Under the pieces are notes generated by a model. That model was not told where the DNA came from. It saw nothing but the letters and a program-made list of their open reading frames with translations, and searched no databases. From contig MEDY01000134.1 in the NCBI GenBank assembly GCA_001724265.1, positions 1 to 64,000 on the forward strand: 64,000 bases of DNA, written 5' to 3'. Position 1 is the stretch's first letter, and the number at the start of each line of letters is the position of its first letter. The DNA comes from Rhizaria sp. SCN 62-66 (lineage: Eukaryota). Of this stretch, positions 59,228 to 64,000 are shown piece by piece. Position numbers and translations under genes: made by a program.

Positions 59228-61123
59228 ATGAACCGCACTTCGTCTCGGTCCCTGCCCCCCCCGCCCCCCGTTGCCTTAGACAACGTCTCCGCCGCCTCCA
59301 GAGCCTCTGCTGCCCGCGGTGGTGTCGGCGCCACGTGTCCTTCGGTACCTATGAGTGGTGGCAACAGCGCAGGACCCACGGGTACCGTTGTCATCTCCCC
59401 GAACGCGTGGGATGAAGCCTCCTTACGCGCGGTCGGCTGGCGCAGTTACGTCGTCGACGTCGCCCTCGCCGTGGTGTTCGGCGCCGTCGCACTGCTCCAA
59501 CACAAAGACGTCTTCGACGGTGGGCCCCACATCCGCGGCTTCTTTCAGACCGACCAGTCAATTTCCCTCCCTTTCCACGTCGAGGACGCCGTGACGTCGC
59601 CGGAACTCATGGTGTTCGCTGCGCTCATGCCGGTACTCGTGATTATCTTCTTCGCCATTTTCGTCGATAAGGCGTACAAAGACTGGGTGCGGTTCCGCCG
59701 CTTCCTTTGGCGGCCGCTCGCGGCGTTGGTTTTTTGCGAACTCGCCTGCTCGTTAACCACGGATGTCGTCAAAAACATGGTTGGCCGCCTGCGGCCTGAC
59801 TTCATCTCTCGTTGCCAACCTGACTACACACTGCCGGGCGTCGTTGTTGAGCCGTACTCCGGCTACGTCGCACAGCCCTTTGTTTGTACTGGCGACCCCA
59901 AGGTGATCAAAGAAGGCCGCCGGTCTTTCCCCTCGGGCCATTCGTCCGCAGCCTTCGTCGGCGGCACGTACGTACAAAGCAGTAACATTTAAACGTGAAC
60001 AAACCGGCTCTATATGCAATTCTCGAAATGTTAAAACCAATCGTTAGTTTGTGTTTGTTATGGTCTCTATTATGATATAATTTATACTGAGTCTCTGATG
60101 TGTTAATCATTGTCACTTTCTAACCTAGTATGTCTTTTTCCCCTATATTGTTCTTTTTGTAGTTTCACGTCTCTCTTCTTGTTCCAGCGCCTCTTCGCTC
60201 TGGCACTGACGTCGTGGCCCCAGCTTGTGCGCCCCACGCTCTGCTTTGCGCCCCTTCTCGGCGCCGCCGCCATCGCCGTCTCCCGGTCGGCTGACAACCG
60301 TCACCACGCTGGCGACATCGCGACCGGCTCGCTGCTCGGCGTCATCTGCGCGCTGTCGACGCTGCTTTTCTGGCGGTTCACCCCCGATGGGGGCATGGGG
60401 GCGTTTTACCCGGCGCGGGCGGCGCACCCATACACCGACGCGAACGACACGGCTGTCACTGCGCTCTACAGCCACAATAGCAGTAAGAATAACAACCGTG
60501 CATTGGCTGACAACAACGCGAATGCAGCTGACGATGACGCGATTCTCGATGGCGCTGGCGGCAGTACTCTGGCCGTGAGCAGCTCTGGCAGCGCTGGCAT
60601 GGCGCATCGCACAAGCAGTCACGGTGGTGGCCATAACAATGACTTCGACAATAGCAACGACGATGGCTTTCCTGGAATCACCGGTTCTGATGCGCATTAC
60701 TGCGAATACGACGCCTATACCAGCCTCACTTCCGCCCTTCACTGCGGCCCGGAGCCCCCGCTGCGCGTTTCTGCCCTGGGCAACACGGCGGGCGCCGACG
60801 GCAGGGCTTTGTTGCGGGTCACGACGACTGCGGCGCCGGCGACTGGGGCAAACCAAGGCGCTGGAAACTCGTTTGTGGTAGTTGCGGATGCCGAGGCAGC
60901 GGCTGGGATTGCACTCGCACTGCGCAATCCTCACAGCCACGGCCACACCAGTTCACTCCAGCAGCAGCAGCAGCAGCAGGGGCAGAGTCTCAGTGGGAGC
61001 GGAAGGGGGACGAGCTCCGGCTCTGGCGCTGGCTCTGGCTTAGGTCTGGGGCCAGGGTTTGGCTCTGCGTCTGTGAGTGCACAGGGGCAGCAGCAAACGC
61101 GGTTTGGCGGGGATCTGGCGTAA
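59228..61123 (+). CDS. PAP2-family lipid phosphate phosphatase; exons 59228-59967, 60163-61123 (N-terminus may extend upstream toward 58565)
   Basis: Catalytic motifs KNMVGRLRPDF, SFPSGHSS and SRSADNRHHAGD, with transmembrane segments. Phase-2 GTACGT intron at 59968-60162. First in-frame ATG at 59228. Confidence 0.92.
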
Positions 61124-61993
61124 GTGCGTCGAATCTAAGTCGTACATGTACTTTGCTGTTGTCGATGATGTAAGTAGTGTGACGGTCATCGGATTTGTTT
61201 TTGTGTTTGCTGTTGAATTTATTAGTTATGCTATGTCGTCGTATCTGGGGTAGTATTGCCAATAATAATGCCTCATGAGCGTTTTAAGTTTTGTTTTGTA
61301 GATATATATGCGTAGTTATGTCGCTTTTTGTTTGTGTTGAGTGTGTCGCAAGCAGTGACATGGGCGAAATGCGGTTATGTACCGCTGTTGTCTGAGTCAC
61401 ATTCAGCTTTATTCGATGATAATATACATTATTCTACTGTATACTAACGTAGTATCTGTATCGCTTGGTTATCATGCATATCAGAGCATTTTAGAGATAC
61501 CTAGGTGGTGAGACTGGTCGGAAAAAGAAAATGAATTTTGTCCTACCTCCGAGATCTGGTCGTGGGGTGCGCACTGAGGCAGATTAGAAAAGCACACAAA
61601 CGACGGTGATTGAGCGGGGTACGTGACTTTGTATATCGTTGTATAGTCCTTTGCGACATCTTCGGGTATTCACATATTTCCCAGGATCTGATTTTCGCCA
61701 ATATCGACGCAGGATCCGTAAAATACTGCGAGCCCGAACCGTGGACATTTGCGCGCCTCTTCGGCTCACTCTTTGTCCCGCTCTCTACGGCTCCCATCTC
61801 ACTCTTCCGCTTCCAATCCCCGTTGTGTTGTTTGCTCCCTCCGCATTTTCGCCATTACAGGTATTTCCTCGTCTTTTGCGCGCGTCTGTGTTTGTTGATT
61901 CTCTCGCTTTCGCTCTACGCGAGGTTGACAAGAGTCTCATCTCTTTTTCGGACAGATCAGTCTATCTTTCTCTCTGGCATCTCAGTCGCAGCA

Positions 61994-64000
61994 ATGAGCT
62001 CCCCCGGCGCTTCTCCCGGCGCTGACGACGACTCTTTCTCGTCACAGCCCGGCGAGGCTGTGCGCAAGCAGCCCGACTCGATCCTGACCTACCTTACAAC
62101 CCTGCCTAAGTCCGAGCTCTCTGCTCTGTACCAGGACCCTTTCTCCGTCATGACCGTCTTCCGTTCGCTGCCCGCCGTGTCCCGCCAGCTCATCATGCGC
62201 TTGCTGCTGCTCACCGCGCCCTCGGGCGTCCCGCACTCGCTCGCGCTCAGCTTCCTCGGAACAGGCGCAACCCGCGCGCTTGGGAGTGAAGCGCTCGTCG
62301 ACCGCCTCCGCAACCTGCACATCATCTCGCAGGTTAAGCCGCCTGTCCAGCAGCAAACCGGCGGCGACCAACAGCAGCAGCAGAAGCAGCGGCATTACCA
62401 GCTGAACCCTGCCTTCCAGCGGTGTCTCATCAACGCTCTCTGCGCCGTCCCACCCTCAGCATCTGCGTCAGCGTCTTCAAACGGCAACAAGAGGGCTTCA
62501 CTGCCGGCGACTGCGGGCAGCGCGGCGCCGAAGCTGTCTCTGTCGTTTGCCAACTCAACCTCAACTGACGACACGAAGAACAAGACTGATGCTGCTTCTC
62601 CCGCTGCTGATGCTGCTGCTGATGCTGCTTCTGCTGCTGCTGCTGCTGCCGCGACTAAGCCCACTGCGGCTGTAGCAGCGCCAGTGACTGTGACACTTGC
62701 CTTAAACGACACGACCGTGCCTGTTCCAAAGCGCCGCCGCCGCTCCCGCCAGACCGTGTCCTCTCTCGACATGCACGCGCGCGCTCTCTGGGCCCGCTTC
62801 CTGCTCTGGCTCATCGGCATCGGCCAGGTTCATCAGCAGCCGCCCTCGCGGGTCCGCGCACTGGCGCAGGGCATGGGCCTGGTCGCGCCGCTGCCGCGGG
62901 GCCGCGCAGGGCAAGAGGAACTCGCGTTCCGGCTGGGGGGACTGGCGGCGCACCTGGGCAGCCGCGATATCGCGATCACGCCAACCGGGGTCGCGTTCCT
63001 GTTCAAGCCGCAGCCGGCACAGGTTTGGCAGGTCGTACTCTACTACATGGACACGCTGCAACAGCAACACACCAGCGGCGGCAGCGGCAGCAGCAGCAAC
63101 GGCGCTTCCTCCTTGTCGTCTGACCCCCACGGCAACAACAACACTGCAGTGAGTCGGGATGAGATGCTGCGGCTAGTGTTCCGTCTCTGTTTCCTCACGC
63201 TGGGCCAGGAGTACAGTACGCATGAGTTGTCCGACGGGCAGCGCCGCATTCTGCAAGACTTTCGTGGACTCGGTACGTTTACATCGATCTTATTACATCT
63301 TCTTTTTGTTTTATTGTACTTTTTACGTGTGTGCTGTTTCTGAATGATGATTTCAACAATTTCCATGCTAACTCCGAGTTACCCGGCTTGCCGGTGTGAG
63401 GATCTATTTGTTCATATCTGACTAGAAATACCACTTCAAAATCAAAAACAAGTCTCGTTTTTCTATTTTCGGTGTCTAATCAAATTTCTCACTTTCTCTA
63501 TTCTTTTTGTGATTTCTTGCGCTTTTTCAGGCCTCGTTTACCAGGACGCAACCGATTCACAGACCTTTTGGCCAACGCGTCTCATCACAACCCTCTCTGA
63601 CCCCACGTCCACCGCGTCCCAGTCTGCCACCACAAACGCATCTTCATCTTCGTCGTCATCGTCGTCGTCGTCGCTGTCATCCGCGTTGTCGTCTGCGGCC
63701 GCCGAGGCGGTGCGGACCTGTTCCTCGGCCAACGCCGCCCGCGCCTTCACCGCCGCCGACCTCGTCATGTCCTCCCTCGCTTCCTCCAGCGGCGGCGGCG
63801 GCGGCGGTGGTGGCGGGGGTGCCTCGGGTACCCGTGGGTCTGGGGGTGTCACGGGTTCTAATAACGCCAACGCGGCGTGGACAGGTGCTGAGGAGGAAAC
63901 CGACGCGTTTATCATCATCGAAACCTCTTTCAAGGTCGTCGCTTTTACCCGCTCCCCGTTGCGCATCGCTCTGCTGTCCATCTTTGTCGACTTGACGTAC
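61994..64000 (+). CDS. TFB2: TFIIH subunit p52/Tfb2, 3'-partial; exons 61994-63272, 63531->64000
   Basis: LYQDPFSVMTVFRSLPAVSRQLIMRLL, ITPTGVAFLFKPQPAQVW, FLTLGQEYS, LQDFRGLGLVYQ, FWPTRL and FIIIETSFKVVAFT match the GTF2H4/Tfb2 family. Confidence 0.93.

Noticed and set aside
1-64000. tRNA, rRNA, transposase, integrase or viral genes; exact taxonomic assignment
   Set aside because: None recognised by eye. The gene set shows a mitochondriate, intron-containing unicellular eukaryote, but I cannot assign the lineage from sequence alone.

Overview
This is gene-dense eukaryotic (protist-like) genomic DNA, not prokaryotic: GC-rich exons, AT-richer GT-AG introns of about 100-330 nt, and short intergenic spacers, with many genes in head-to-head pairs. 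About 21 protein-coding genes can be reconstructed by hand, and every splice proposed here preserves the frame. Housekeeping genes include NCBP1/CBP80, an NFU-like protein, a TTC16-like protein, TIPIN/Swi3, TBCA, NDK, SNU13, gamma-COP, PAM18, RPT4, an IQGAP-type RasGAP, PDHB, cyclophilin B, a PAP2 phosphatase and TFB2/p52; there is also a 2788-aa orphan with a mitochondrial presequence. The most notable element is an accessory cluster in the first 17 kb. It contains a complete gene combining an MLKL-like four-helix N-terminal domain, a catalytically intact TKL kinase and Sel1-like repeats, a paralogue of it (5'-truncated by the window, with an in-frame TAG where the intact copy has Gln), and a predicted lipid-anchored Sel1-only protein. 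This resembles an immune or cell-death module. Other notable patterns: none of 19 confident gene ends uses TAG, while in-frame TAG-CGT occurs twice; the 5' splice consensus is GTACG; acceptor-like signals sit just before most start codons (5'UTR introns or possible SL trans-splicing); Snu13 carries a KKD/E extension; and GTGAC/GACCGAG motifs cluster in promoter regions. All family calls are from recalled motifs; no searches were run.
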